A stretch of DNA of 64,000 bases from Fibrobacteria bacterium (GCA_043745805.1 JAYTSD010000017.1:64001-128000); one strand, 5' to 3'; counted from the stretch's first letter, positions 20,772 to 31,711 are shown. Notes: generated from the letters alone by a model not told the origin. A program made the numbers and translations.

Positions 20772-21503
20772 TTAACGCTTATTTTGAGGATGAAAAAGTA
20801 AAACATATTCCCCACGCGGTGTTCTCTCTTTATAGTAAAGCAAAAGCTCGGAAGGCTTGCCATTTAAAAATTCTTCAAATTTTTTCGTAAGTTCACGCGC
20901 CAAAACTAAATACATTTCATCGCCAAATACGGTTTGAATTTCTCCTAAAAAATTTACGATTTGATGAGGAGATACATAAAACGTTAGGGTAGGGGCATGG
21001 GCTTGACCTTCGGGATAACGTAACTTCAAAGTTTCTAATAAGCGTAAGCGTTGGGCACTTTTTTTAGGCGGAAAATTTTCAAATGAAAAATGATCGGTGG
21101 GTAATCCTGAGCAAACCAAGGCGGCGATTAAAGCACAAGGCCCGGGAATAGGAATAACCCGAATGCCTGCTTCTTTGGCTGCACGAATCAAATTATAAGC
21201 GGGGTCAGCAATACCTGGAGTTCCGGCATCACAAATCATGGCAATGCTATTTCCTTTTTGCAGGTATTCCAAATAGACGGGAGTTTTTTTCTCTTTATTA
21301 AAATCGTGATAGGCTTCACTGGGCGTGTTCAAACCAAAATGTTGTAAGAGTACACGAGAATGTCGGGTGTCTTCAGCAAGAATTAAATTCGCGCTGCGCA
21401 AAGCTTTTACGGCTCGAAAAGTAATATCGTCTAAGTTTCCAATTGGTGTAGCCACCACATAGAGGCAAGGTTTTTCGTCATTTAATATGTCACTTTCAAG
21501 CAA
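20772..21503 (-). CDS. rsmI: 16S rRNA C1402 2'-O-methyltransferase
   Basis: LYVVATPIGNLDDIT, AEDTR, DAGTPGIADP, RELTKKFEE. Confidence 0.96.
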   Translation of the reverse strand: MLESDILNDEKPCLYVVATPIGNLDDITFRAVKALRSANLILAEDTRHSRVLLQHFGLNTPSEAYHDFNKEKKTPVYLEYLQKGNSIAMICDAGTPGIADPAYNLIRAAKEAGIRVIPIPGPCALIAALVCSGLPTDHFSFENFPPKKSAQRLRLLETLKLRYPEGQAHAPTLTFYVSPHQIVNFLGEIQTVFGDEMYLVLARELTKKFEEFLNGKPSELLLYYKERTPRGEYVLLFHPQNKR

Positions 21504-21626
21504 AAATGCCTCCCTATTCTTGCGAGGAAAGATAGAAAAGGGAGAGAGTGATGAACTAAAAAATAGTGGTTAATTAGCGTTCATTTATATTGAAATAGCC
21601 AAAGCGGCGGCATCATGCGGGGGTAA

Positions 21627-24600
21627 TTATTTACGCTGTTTTTTGAATAGTTTAAAAATCCGACTTACTTCTTTGTCACTATTATAGGCCGTTACTTTTA
21701 AGTAATAAAGTCCATTGGCAATATTATGACCAGAACCATCTCGTCCATCCCATACCACTTCCCGATATCCTACTACATTATGTTCTTCTAAGGCTTTTAC
21801 TAAACGCCCTGCACGCGAATAAATTTTGAGGTCCACTTTATCACAAAAATCTGTTAAGCTATATACAAAGGTAGCGGAATCTGCAAAGGGATTAGGGTAA
21901 CTGCCAAGATTTTGCAGAGTTAAGGCATCGCCCAGTCGATAAGTAATGGATTTTTTTGTGATATTTCCACTGATATCAAAAATGGTAAAGGTAAGGGTAT
22001 CGACGGCTATTTTTTGTTTAGGTAAAAATCGTAAATGCAATAAGGGCGTCATCGCTTTATCCGTTTCAAAAACGGCAGAAGTAGAATCGATTTTTTGCTT
22101 GGCACTTATTAAAATTGGCTTGTGTAAAATATTGTCTATGCCATAATTGTCTTGTAAAACAATATCAATCGGGGTATTGCGCGGAACATAATCATCGGGT
22201 AATAAAACTTGTCCATGGGAACTTAATTGAATACCTGGGACTTGTATATCTTGATTTAATAATAAGGCATATATTCCGTTTCGAAAAAAACTAGCGCTCG
22301 CAATGCCTACGCTGGCTAGCGAATCCAATTTTAACCAAGTATTATCTGCAAAGGTTCTAAAATGCCAATCCGGCCTTTGGGCATTATTAAAGGTTTTACT
22401 TTGCACATTCAATTTATTTAAAAGTAAGGGTGTCCAGAATTCAGATAATTTTAAAAGCGCAGAATCATTAGTCAAATTTTGTGATGACATTTGTATGGAC
22501 CAAGCTGTTAATGGGTTATCCCAGGGTTTTAAATAAGCGGGAAGGCTAAGATTATACATAGGCTGGATAAATATTCGTAATGGATTTGAGGGAACATAAT
22601 TTAGACTAAGGAATATCGGATTATTAGGTAGGCTGAAGGGCAGTTTTAGGGTATCGTTCAGGTTACTAAATAAAAATGTTTGTATAGTAAAAATGGTATC
22701 ACTACTATTATTTCCCAAATTGACTTCTTGATCATGAAGTGATTTTAATTCAGCATGTATAGGCATGCGGAGTGCGCTATCCGTTAATGGGAAAAACAAA
22801 GAATCACTTTGCCCTAAGTTTAATTTCTTTGCATATATTAAAGTATCCTTGGTTTTGGCAGACGATCCAGAAGTTAAAATGGCTTGGAAATCAGAGTCAT
22901 GGCCAAAGCCCATATTTTTAAAATGCAACCATATGCCTAATGTATTTTGAATGGGCAAAGAAATAGCTGGATGCAAAAATGCTAAATCAGGAGGTAATTG
23001 AATGGGTAAGGCATAAACTCGAGAGTCTAAATTATTAATCGGTTGTGCCACACTATTCGAGTCCATACTTCCCGCAAGAGCCATACGAAATTTAAGGATT
23101 AATTGCGGCGTTAATAAATCACTGCGGGAGGTTTGTAAAAATATTTTTTGGAAAGAGGTATAAATTTTTTGATCGTCGCTTTGTAAAGTAATGTCTGTCG
23201 AATTTTTTAAATCGTTTTTATTATCAATGGCAAAAGTAATAATGCCACTTTTAAAAGTGATTTGCGAATAGGCTGTTTTTAAACGAAACCCAACGGTTAC
23301 GGAGTCTCCCATTTTGGGATTATTTGGAATGGTGAAAACAGAATCAATCAGCCAATCTAAAGTGGAGAATAGCGCAGAAGTAGTTACGGTGCGGGTATTA
23401 TTCCAAGTGACCAAAACAACTTTTCCCTTGCGAAATCCCTGCGGAAAATTGGTTAAGCTATGTTCCAAGGAAAAGGCATTATTTTTAAGGGTAACCTGGG
23501 TATTACTTTCCAATGAGTCATCTAAATAAATCGAAACCAAGCCTTGTCCATCCGCAAAGGCCAGATTTTGTCCTTGTATAGAGAGCGTATTTTTTCCATT
23601 TAGCGCTTGGGGCTTTAAGATTAATTCTCCTTCTGCTTTGGCCGTTTGTAAGGTTAAAGCCGGATCGCCTAAAAGGTTAAATTCTTCCAATATGGGGGTA
23701 AAGTTTCCTCCGAAAGGTAATTGCACCATGGCTTCGGCTTGTTGCACAATACTTCCTACACTATGCGTTCCCGACGCGAAAGCAGCTTCTAATATTTCTT
23801 GAGAAAGAGCTTCACCCGCTTTACTGGAAATATAACCTGAAGCACCATAAAAGGAAGCGGCGCCACCTTTAGGGTAACGTAGCAGTTCCTCACCCAATGA
23901 GCGTGCGGAAACATCTTCAAAATAACCCGTTAAACATGTGATAGACGAAACAAAGGAAATTGGATAATTACCCTTTAAGCTATCGCCAACTAAGGCTTCG
24001 ATATTAAGTAAACCCGCATCAGACCAAACAGAGCCGCCACCATGACCATAAAAATTTACCCAAGCAAATCCGGAATCCATTTGCTGATAAAAATTTTGCC
24101 TAGCTGTATTGGATTTATAATAAGGCGATTGCGGATAAAGATCAATGCGTGAAAATTCGCGGTCATGATCTACCGCTAAAGTTTGCAACACATAATTTGT
24201 TTGGGCGAAGCCGGCTTCATAACCGGAAATGAGTAAACTTTTATTTTGCCATGAACCAGAATTGCGTTTTTCCAAAGTTAAAATTTTGCGAATGACATGC
24301 GATAAATCCAATTTATTGGCGACCGGAATACGGCCAATTAATAGATCGGGTAAATCATCGTCACCGGAAACTTTGGCAAAGTAATCATCATTTGCCGCAA
24401 TGCCCCAACCTTGAATATTCACTAAATGAGTAGGCACTAAATTTTGTTGAAAGGCTCCCGAAATTTTATCATACCATTGCGAGGTTTCTCCCAAGAGCAA
24501 TACATAAGTAGGAGCTGGCCTAGGCCAATTTTGAAAAGCATATTCTAAAAACCGGCGTAATGCGGCGGGATCCGTTTCTCCATTTCCAAAACTTTGATAA

Positions 24601-26453
24601 ATATGTTGCATGGTTACAACTTGGCAACGTAGGCCTTGGGCGGTGCGTATTGCTAGGAGGGAGTCGAGGGCGTTTCCAAATAAGCGTTTATCCGTAATCA
24701 CAATATAATCGGCACCTTGGGTGGGATGTAATAGATTGGGTAGAGTGTCTAAATGTATTAAGGGCTTTTCGCGATTTTCCCATGCAGATAAAATAAATTT
24801 TGTGGCATGGAATAAGCTGTCTTTAAAAGAAAGCGTTCCTCCTTTAGCGTTAGCTAAAATATTGTAACCTGTGAGTTTCCGTCCCTGTGTATCCCACAGT
24901 GAAATTTTGTCCGCCGTAATATTTTGCAAGGTGAAGCGCGTGAGTCCTAGGCTATCATGAAAGTCATTACTGAAATGCAATTGGTTTTGGGAGGCCGAAA
25001 AAGTAGCGGGAAAATCGAATTCCATATAATTTAAATAGGCGTCTTGTAATTCAATCAATTGTCCTTCATTAGTGCGTATATCATTAATTTTTTGAATGGT
25101 TAAAATATTTTTGCCTTCTTTTAAAAAAGTGGGACTGAGTTTTTGGGATTTCCACACATAAGCGGCTTGCCCTTCCCAGCGGGCTTCATTGCTTCCCACA
25201 TTGGCCACGGTAATATCATGGCTATTGAGTAAAAATTTTAAATGATGATCCGGATCGGCTTTAAAATTATTGGTAATGCCTTTTAAAGCTATGGTGACAT
25301 ATAAGTTACTGTTATCATTGGTCGGTAAACCGTCTTTGTAAGGCGCATAAGGACAATTAAACTCAATATCTATAGCATCTTTGTCCACGCCTTGATTTTT
25401 CCAAAACCAAAAATCACTCAATGCTTCTTCTTTTACTTGATTGCCCAAGTCTTGAATGTCTTGAATAGCTGTACTTCCGGTGCGTAAAATTTCATTGTCT
25501 TCTTCCACATGTAAATGTACGGTATGCTGGGTAGGGATAGCTTTCGATCCAGGCTGGAGAATTTCATTGGCGTCTGAAGCCACAGGAGTTGCTGGCGCTC
25601 GCAAACCCAATCCATTGCCCCAGGTTAACAGGAATGTTGCGTGGTTGGTATAAGGTGATAAATAAGTTGAATTGGTTGTTGCAGCCCCTAAGCCTTGTGC
25701 TCTAGCACCGATGAATTCTAAATAATCGCCTTCATTCCATTGCCCATCGTCTTCCCCTTGTATGTACAACGGGATTTCCAAGCCATTGCGCGTTAAACGC
25801 ATGGATCGCGGATCAATTTTATTGAGAGGCAAGCCTTTACTTTTTAAATCGGCATAAGTGATCACTTCAATATTTTCATCTTGCGTTTCCACTATTAATC
25901 GCTCAGTAGGTAAGGCTAATGTGGAACTGAAACCCTGTCCCGAGCCTGTCGATTTTTTGGCAAGCATATTATTTGCCACGGATCTAAAATTTCGGCTTTG
26001 TGCATAATTCATAATCCAATTCTGTAAAAATATTTCGGCTGGATTATCTGCGGGTGCTGCAAATACAGAACGGAATTTGCCATTCGGTAAAAATTGTAAA
26101 TGAATGCGCGCCTTTAATAGCAAAACTATTTTTTCCCCTTGCTTAACTTTTCGATGCAAAGTCAATGAAGAAACTTGCAAGTCACGGTATTGCTGCGGGG
26201 GCGATAAGGTTAATAAAGGTTCTTCAGAGGTTGTTTTTTGTTGAGGAAGGTTAACCGTTTCAAGCACATCGACTGTACCATTCACACTGCCACCTGGCAG
26301 GGCAAAAGCCTTATGCATATCGCTAGTGGACTCATTTGTTTCAGCGGTCCACAATAATGTTAAAGCATTGGCATCGCTTTGCTCAATGCTCCACGAGGCA
26401 AAAGTAAGGTGGCCCAAAACGAATAAGATTAGGAGAAATATTTTTTTTATCAT
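21627..26453 (-). CDS. C25 (gingipain/PorU-like) cysteine peptidase with FlgD-Ig/T9SS-like CTD
   Basis: Signal peptide from ATG 26453 (ATGA overlap with the upstream gene); ADYIVIT, YVLLLG, NDDYF, IGRIP, catalytic FYGHG and ITC; C-terminal SYPNPF...WDGRDGSG..IANGLYY. Confidence 0.88.
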   Translation of the reverse strand: MIKKIFLLILFVLGHLTFASWSIEQSDANALTLLWTAETNESTSDMHKAFALPGGSVNGTVDVLETVNLPQQKTTSEEPLLTLSPPQQYRDLQVSSLTLHRKVKQGEKIVLLLKARIHLQFLPNGKFRSVFAAPADNPAEIFLQNWIMNYAQSRNFRSVANNMLAKKSTGSGQGFSSTLALPTERLIVETQDENIEVITYADLKSKGLPLNKIDPRSMRLTRNGLEIPLYIQGEDDGQWNEGDYLEFIGARAQGLGAATTNSTYLSPYTNHATFLLTWGNGLGLRAPATPVASDANEILQPGSKAIPTQHTVHLHVEEDNEILRTGSTAIQDIQDLGNQVKEEALSDFWFWKNQGVDKDAIDIEFNCPYAPYKDGLPTNDNSNLYVTIALKGITNNFKADPDHHLKFLLNSHDITVANVGSNEARWEGQAAYVWKSQKLSPTFLKEGKNILTIQKINDIRTNEGQLIELQDAYLNYMEFDFPATFSASQNQLHFSNDFHDSLGLTRFTLQNITADKISLWDTQGRKLTGYNILANAKGGTLSFKDSLFHATKFILSAWENREKPLIHLDTLPNLLHPTQGADYIVITDKRLFGNALDSLLAIRTAQGLRCQVVTMQHIYQSFGNGETDPAALRRFLEYAFQNWPRPAPTYVLLLGETSQWYDKISGAFQQNLVPTHLVNIQGWGIAANDDYFAKVSGDDDLPDLLIGRIPVANKLDLSHVIRKILTLEKRNSGSWQNKSLLISGYEAGFAQTNYVLQTLAVDHDREFSRIDLYPQSPYYKSNTARQNFYQQMDSGFAWVNFYGHGGGSVWSDAGLLNIEALVGDSLKGNYPISFVSSITCLTGYFEDVSARSLGEELLRYPKGGAASFYGASGYISSKAGEALSQEILEAAFASGTHSVGSIVQQAEAMVQLPFGGNFTPILEEFNLLGDPALTLQTAKAEGELILKPQALNGKNTLSIQGQNLAFADGQGLVSIYLDDSLESNTQVTLKNNAFSLEHSLTNFPQGFRKGKVVLVTWNNTRTVTTSALFSTLDWLIDSVFTIPNNPKMGDSVTVGFRLKTAYSQITFKSGIITFAIDNKNDLKNSTDITLQSDDQKIYTSFQKIFLQTSRSDLLTPQLILKFRMALAGSMDSNSVAQPINNLDSRVYALPIQLPPDLAFLHPAISLPIQNTLGIWLHFKNMGFGHDSDFQAILTSGSSAKTKDTLIYAKKLNLGQSDSLFFPLTDSALRMPIHAELKSLHDQEVNLGNNSSDTIFTIQTFLFSNLNDTLKLPFSLPNNPIFLSLNYVPSNPLRIFIQPMYNLSLPAYLKPWDNPLTAWSIQMSSQNLTNDSALLKLSEFWTPLLLNKLNVQSKTFNNAQRPDWHFRTFADNTWLKLDSLASVGIASASFFRNGIYALLLNQDIQVPGIQLSSHGQVLLPDDYVPRNTPIDIVLQDNYGIDNILHKPILISAKQKIDSTSAVFETDKAMTPLLHLRFLPKQKIAVDTLTFTIFDISGNITKKSITYRLGDALTLQNLGSYPNPFADSATFVYSLTDFCDKVDLKIYSRAGRLVKALEEHNVVGYREVVWDGRDGSGHNIANGLYYLKVTAYNSDKEVSRIFKLFKKQRK

Positions 26454-27253
26454 AAAGGGGGATAGCGATAGAAAAATGTGCAATGCAAGCTTTGCGAAAG
26501 TCCTACGGTTTTATTTTGAAAGCTTTCGGTACTTAAAAAACAAGCCTGAATGGGTAATGAATCTTGTGCCGTATAGTTCAATTGTAAGCTGTCTTTTTGT
26601 AAAGTATGTCCATAGATAGGCACATTGCAAGCTGCGGTGGGAAAGCATGTATCCAAAGTACGCTCCCAATTTTTTAATAGCGCGGGTGATTTTTCAAAAA
26701 CCCATAAGCGAATCATTTGACCATTATCGCCTTCTGTACTTAACTCAAAGGTTACCTGCCGATTTTTTTCTTGACTGCGTGGGAGGGGATTATATATTTC
26801 AAATCCTTTTAACACACTAAGCGATTGATATAATAAAGAATCACCCATAATTTTTTGTCCGGTATTTTCCACATAAATGGGTTTAATCGCATACTGAATC
26901 CGATAAGGTGGGGAAGAGTCGGGAAGACTAACTGTCCATGTTCTTGCTGAGGCGGGAATATTAGTAAGAATCCTATTAGGAACGGAGTCAGGATTAAAAG
27001 TGGCATAGGCTTCAAAATAACTCACCTTTTTATCCACACCATAAGTCCAAGTGATTTTTGCACCAATAATTCCTTTTGTCGTGTCCAGTAAATCCAATTG
27101 CAAGGCCGTAACCTGCGCATTCACTAACACTGGTAAAGTTGTTTTGTCGTCGACGCAAAAGAATCCGAGCGACATCCATAAAAGAGCATAAAGGGGGAGT
27201 TGGAATTTTAATTTTTTCACTTTCTCGATTATATCAAGAAACGCAAGCGGCAT
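26450..27253 (-). CDS. Hypothetical exported protein or lipoprotein (start uncertain, probably downstream of 27253)
   Basis: Hydrophobic stretch ending in Cys (LLWMSLGFFC-VDDK); stop overlaps the C25 peptidase ATG. Confidence 0.6.
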   Translation of the reverse strand: MPLAFLDIIEKVKKLKFQLPLYALLWMSLGFFCVDDKTTLPVLVNAQVTALQLDLLDTTKGIIGAKITWTYGVDKKVSYFEAYATFNPDSVPNRILTNIPASARTWTVSLPDSSPPYRIQYAIKPIYVENTGQKIMGDSLLYQSLSVLKGFEIYNPLPRSQEKNRQVTFELSTEGDNGQMIRLWVFEKSPALLKNWERTLDTCFPTAACNVPIYGHTLQKDSLQLNYTAQDSLPIQACFLSTESFQNKTVGLSQSLHCTFFYRYPPL

Positions 27254-27343
27254 TCCAGCACTCTCTTATTGCAAATCAACATCTTTAAAGTGAATCTTAA
27301 TTTTCCCCACATCATCTTTCCTAAAATTCCTAACTTTACCCGC

Positions 27344-28015
27344 ATGACAACTTCATTTATAGTAGCCCTCGATGGCGTTAGTGGTTCCGGCAAAAGCAGT
27401 ACGGCCCGTGCTGTGGCGGAACAATTGCATATATTCCACTTGGACACTGGGGCCATGTATCGTGCGATAACTTATTTAGCAATGCAAGCGAATTTACCTG
27501 TTGAAGCTACGGAAACCATTGCCAAATTGACTTCCCAAATAAAAATTACCGTTTCCGCTGAAGGGAAATTGCTTTTTGATGGACAGAGTTTCAGCACGGA
27601 AATTCGCAAACCCGAGGTAAGCGCTATGGTTTCCGATTACTGCAAAATCCCCAAAGTACGGGAAATTTTGGTGCATAAACAAAGAGAAATTGGTGCCATG
27701 CAGTCGACGGTGATGGAAGGCCGTGATATTGGCACGGTGGTTTTTCCTAAAGCTCAATTCAAGTTTTTTATGTGGGCCAGCCCTGAGGTGCGGGCTAAAA
27801 GACGGCAACAGGAATTAGCGGAGAAGAATATTTTTCAACCCTACGATGAGGTTTTACATAATTTGGTGGAGCGCGATGAAAAAGATTCTACACGCGATCA
27901 TAGTCCTTTGCTTAAAGCCCCCGATGCCGTAGAAATAGATACTAGCGGCTTAACATTTCCCCAACAAGTTGCTATGATTACCGAGCTTGTTTTAAAAAAC
28001 AAGCCTTCCGCTTAA
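27344..28015 (+). CDS. cmk: Cytidylate kinase
   Basis: ALDGVSGSGKS, LDTGAMYRA, MEGRDIGTVVFP; upstream of rpsA. Confidence 0.97.
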   Translation: MTTSFIVALDGVSGSGKSSTARAVAEQLHIFHLDTGAMYRAITYLAMQANLPVEATETIAKLTSQIKITVSAEGKLLFDGQSFSTEIRKPEVSAMVSDYCKIPKVREILVHKQREIGAMQSTVMEGRDIGTVVFPKAQFKFFMWASPEVRAKRRQQELAEKNIFQPYDEVLHNLVERDEKDSTRDHSPLLKAPDAVEIDTSGLTFPQQVAMITELVLKNKPSA

Positions 28016-28134
28016 GCGTATGAGCCCATCCTAAATGGGGTCATAGGTTTTGATTTTACAGGGGAAGAGATTGGGAAACCGTTTCTTGTTTCAGATGTTT
28101 GGAACTCAACCCGGCGGCCCAGGAGAATAAACGC

Positions 28135-29865
28135 ATGTCAACCAAATTATTATACGGCAGTGCTGAGGATCTTTTAGACTTTGAAGAAGAGTCAAGTTCC
28201 GTTGCAGCTGTTGAAAGCAAAGCTGCTCAATTAGCGCTTTATGACGCAACTCTTAAAGGGTATGCCGAAGGCAGTATCGTTAAAGGTACCATCGTACGTA
28301 TTACGGCGAATGATATTTTTGTCGATATCAACTTCAAATCCGAGGGTGTTATTCCTCGTAATGAATTTAAAGATGAGAGCGAATTAGTTACTGGTAAAGT
28401 TATTGACGTGTTCTTGGAACAAGTTGAAAATGCCGATGGCCAAATCATTTTATCTAAACAACGCGCTGACTTCATGCGCGTATGGGAACGTATTCGCGAA
28501 GCCTATGAACGTGAAGAAATTATCACCGGCACCATTATGCGTCGCATTAAAGGTGGCGTGGTTGTGGACTTGTTTGGTATCGAAGCTTTCTTGCCAGGTT
28601 CGCAAATTGACTTGCGGCAAGTGCCTGATCTCGACGCTTTGATCAATACCAAAATGGATTTCAAAGTTATTAAAGTCAATAAAATGCGCCGTAACATTGT
28701 GGTTTCCCGCCGCGTGGTACTGGAACAAGAACGTTCCAAAATGCGCGATGAAATTATCGACAATTTGGAAAAGGGTCAAATCCGTGAAGGTATTGTCAAA
28801 AACATTACTGATTTCGGTGCCTTTATCGATCTAGGCGGTGTGGACGGCTTATTGCATATCACTGATATGTCTTGGGGTCGCGTCAATCATCCTTCTGAAG
28901 TGGTATCGCTCGGCGACCGCGTCAAAGTGGTGGTTTTGGATTACAATGACAAAAAAGAACGCATTTCATTGGGCATGAAACAATTGACCAAGCATCCATG
29001 GGAAGATGTAGCTGCCAAGTATCCTGAAGCAACTCGCGTTAAAGGTAAAGTTGTTTCGATCACCGATTACGGTGTATTCGTAGAACTTGATCAAGGCGTA
29101 GAAGGTCTTATTCACATTTCTGAAATGTCTTGGACACAACACATTAAACATCCTTCACAAATTGTCACGGTTGGACAAGATGTGGAAGCGATTGTGTTGA
29201 AACTCGATGCAGAAAACGAAAAAATTTCTCTCGGTTTAAAACAAATCACTCCTGATCCATGGCAAAGTATTGATGACGAAATCCCAGTTGGTTCTAAGGT
29301 AACTGGCGAAATACGTAACTTGGCTGCTTTCGGTGCTTTTATCGAAATTAAAGAAGGCGTAGATGGATTAATTCACGTTTCCGATATGTCTTGGACCAAA
29401 AAAATCAATCATCCTTCCGAAGTCTTGAAAAAAGGCGACAAAGTAGAATGTATTGTAATGGCTATCGACAAAGAAAAACGTCGCATTTCTCTTTCCATGA
29501 AACATTTGGAAGAAGACCCATGGGATGCCGTAGCGACTAATTATCCAATGGGTAAAGAAGCTAAGGTGACTATTGCACGTTTGCTTGATCGTGGCGTTAT
29601 CGTAGAAACTACTGACGGCCTCGAAGGTTTTATTCCTACCACTAAGTTAACCTCCGACTCTATCAAGAGCCCAGGCGAAGCTTTCAAAGTAGGCGATGAA
29701 GTTCCTGGCGTAGTAATTGAAATGGATGCTAGCAATCGCAAACTAACCTTTAGCGTAGTTGATTATTTCAAAAATAAAGAAGATGCAGAATGGCGTACTT
29801 ATTTAAATGCGCATAAACCTTCGGCAACTACTATTGGTGATGTAATCCAAATCGAAGGCGAATAG
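28135..29865 (+). CDS. rpsA: 30S ribosomal protein S1
   Basis: Six S1 repeats (FGAFIDLGGVDGLLHITDMSW etc.); AGGAGA SD before ATG 28135. Confidence 0.98.
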   Translation: MSTKLLYGSAEDLLDFEEESSSVAAVESKAAQLALYDATLKGYAEGSIVKGTIVRITANDIFVDINFKSEGVIPRNEFKDESELVTGKVIDVFLEQVENADGQIILSKQRADFMRVWERIREAYEREEIITGTIMRRIKGGVVVDLFGIEAFLPGSQIDLRQVPDLDALINTKMDFKVIKVNKMRRNIVVSRRVVLEQERSKMRDEIIDNLEKGQIREGIVKNITDFGAFIDLGGVDGLLHITDMSWGRVNHPSEVVSLGDRVKVVVLDYNDKKERISLGMKQLTKHPWEDVAAKYPEATRVKGKVVSITDYGVFVELDQGVEGLIHISEMSWTQHIKHPSQIVTVGQDVEAIVLKLDAENEKISLGLKQITPDPWQSIDDEIPVGSKVTGEIRNLAAFGAFIEIKEGVDGLIHVSDMSWTKKINHPSEVLKKGDKVECIVMAIDKEKRRISLSMKHLEEDPWDAVATNYPMGKEAKVTIARLLDRGVIVETTDGLEGFIPTTKLTSDSIKSPGEAFKVGDEVPGVVIEMDASNRKLTFSVVDYFKNKEDAEWRTYLNAHKPSATTIGDVIQIEGE

Positions 29866-29890
29866 CCTTTTATTTAACTAAATCTGATTA

Positions 29891-29925
29891 AAATCCCGTA
29901 ACTTCACTGTTGCGGGATTTTTTTT
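29891..29925 (+). terminator. Rho-independent terminator after rpsA
   Basis: AAATCCCGTAAC-TTCACT-GTTGCGGGATTT followed by a T-tract. Confidence 0.85.
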
Positions 29926-29972
29926 GCGTAAAATATTACCTTTGTAGTATAAACTCATCACGAGAACATATT

Positions 29973-30752
29973 ATGTCTGAATTTTCCAAACTCCCAACAC
30001 TTTTTATTTCTCATGGCGCACCGACCTTAGCCATGGAAAATAATGCAACCACCCAGTTTTTGGCGAACTTGGGAAAAAGTTTGCCCAAGCCTGAAGCCAT
30101 CGTTTGCATTTCCGCGCATTGGGAAACCGAAGCAACGGCTGTTACGGCTTGGAAAAGATCGGATTTGATTTATGATTTTTATGGATTTCCGGAAGCGCTT
30201 TATACCATTGAATACCCCGCATTAGGTAGTCCTGCTATTGCAACACGCCTACAAAGTTTACTCCTTAAAAGTGAAAAAAAATGCAGCTTAGAGCTGCGTA
30301 GAGGTTTAGATCATGGGGCATGGATTCCTTTACGCATTATGTTTCCCGATGCGGATATTCCGGTATTGCAACTTTCATTACAAACGCGTTATTCCACCCA
30401 ACATCATTTTGAATTAGGTAAAGCGATTGCGGCTTTGCGTGACGAAGGGGTGTTAATTATGGGTAGCGGAGGAGCTACGCATAATTTAGGAACATTAGAT
30501 TTCTCCTCTGAAGCATCAGCTCCTTGGGCAGTGGAATTTATGCATTGGCTCGATAGCGCCATTGTAAGTCGCGATGAAGAGTCACTTCTCGATTACCGTA
30601 ACCGACAACGCTTTGCTGCGCGCTGCCATCCTCGCGAAGAGCATTTTCTTCCGCTATTTGTAGCCCTAGGCGCATCCGAAGGAAAAGGCCGTATTTTACA
30701 TCAGGAAATGGCCTTTGGCTCTTTAAGCCTTTCGGCCTATGCCTTTGATTAA
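29973..30752 (+). CDS. DODA/LigB-type extradiol ring-cleavage dioxygenase (YgiD-like)
   Basis: LFISHGAP, ISAHW, YDFYGFPEALY, RGLDHGAW, GSGGATHNL, HPREEHFLPL. Confidence 0.92.
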   Translation: MSEFSKLPTLFISHGAPTLAMENNATTQFLANLGKSLPKPEAIVCISAHWETEATAVTAWKRSDLIYDFYGFPEALYTIEYPALGSPAIATRLQSLLLKSEKKCSLELRRGLDHGAWIPLRIMFPDADIPVLQLSLQTRYSTQHHFELGKAIAALRDEGVLIMGSGGATHNLGTLDFSSEASAPWAVEFMHWLDSAIVSRDEESLLDYRNRQRFAARCHPREEHFLPLFVALGASEGKGRILHQEMAFGSLSLSAYAFD

Positions 30753-30907
30753 GAATAAATAAAAACCTGCAAATCCCTTTAATTCAGGGGTTTCAGTGAT
30801 TGAGAGAATTGAGGGCCTTTGCTTTTTTAAGCATTGGCTCTTTTTTTATGTACTAAGATAGAGGTTTACTCTCGACCTCAAGCGACGCCTCCTGCTATGC
30901 TGCTAAG

Positions 30908-31687
30908 ATGAGTTTTACGGCCCGCATCGTTCAATGCATTTTATTCATTTTACTGCTACCCTTAGGGGCGCAAACGATATTCTATTCTAAGACACCCATA
31001 GATTCACAAACTTTAGCTCGAAAAAAGCATGCTTTTCCAGAAATGGATATGCAAGAAAAAATGGCTTTAAACACTCGTTTTGAATTGGGTAATTATTTAG
31101 TTGAAATGCAAAACTATGCACAAGCCGAAATGGAATTCAATAAATTGTTACCCTATTTTCCCGAAGACAGAAAATTGCTTTCCATATTGGGTGCTTGTCA
31201 ATTAATGCTTGAAAAAATGGATTCGGCAGAAATAAATTTATTGCATGCTCTACAATTAGACTCTAACAATACTATGATCCTAAATCTTCTGAGTCGCGTT
31301 TATCTCTCTCAGCACCGTGAGGGTCTGGCGATTCAAATGTTAGAGCAATCCTTAAATTATGAACCGTCACAAATATCCTTGCGATTATTGTTATGTCAGT
31401 TATTAGTGAATAGCAATGATTTTTCCAAGGCAGAGCCACAAGTGAAATTATTGTTTCAAGCGAATGACCATCCCATTAATGCGGAAGCTCATTATTTATG
31501 GGGAAATATTTATACCAAACGGGGCCAACTGCCAGAAGCTCTTTTGCAGTATCAAAAAGCCTATGTGCAACAACCGCATTCCGATATTTTTCTTTTGGCT
31601 CTCGCATCGGCGTATCAACGTGTACATCAGTATAAAGCGGCACTACCGCTTTGGCAAAAAAAAATGGAACTCGAAGCACAGAAATGA
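30908..31687 (+). CDS. Exported TPR-repeat protein
   Basis: Signal peptide; several TPR motifs (AEAHYLWGNIYTKRGQLPEALLQYQKA). Confidence 0.8.
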   Translation: MSFTARIVQCILFILLLPLGAQTIFYSKTPIDSQTLARKKHAFPEMDMQEKMALNTRFELGNYLVEMQNYAQAEMEFNKLLPYFPEDRKLLSILGACQLMLEKMDSAEINLLHALQLDSNNTMILNLLSRVYLSQHREGLAIQMLEQSLNYEPSQISLRLLLCQLLVNSNDFSKAEPQVKLLFQANDHPINAEAHYLWGNIYTKRGQLPEALLQYQKAYVQQPHSDIFLLALASAYQRVHQYKAALPLWQKKMELEAQK

Positions 31688-31702
31688 ACTTCGAGTTCCA
31701 TT
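31663..31702. terminator. Perfect 14-bp inverted repeat between convergent genes, probable bidirectional terminator
   Basis: AATGGAACTCGAAG-N12-CTTCGAGTTCCATT spanning the TPR gene stop. Confidence 0.55.
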
Positions 31703-31711
31703 AAAGGGATA

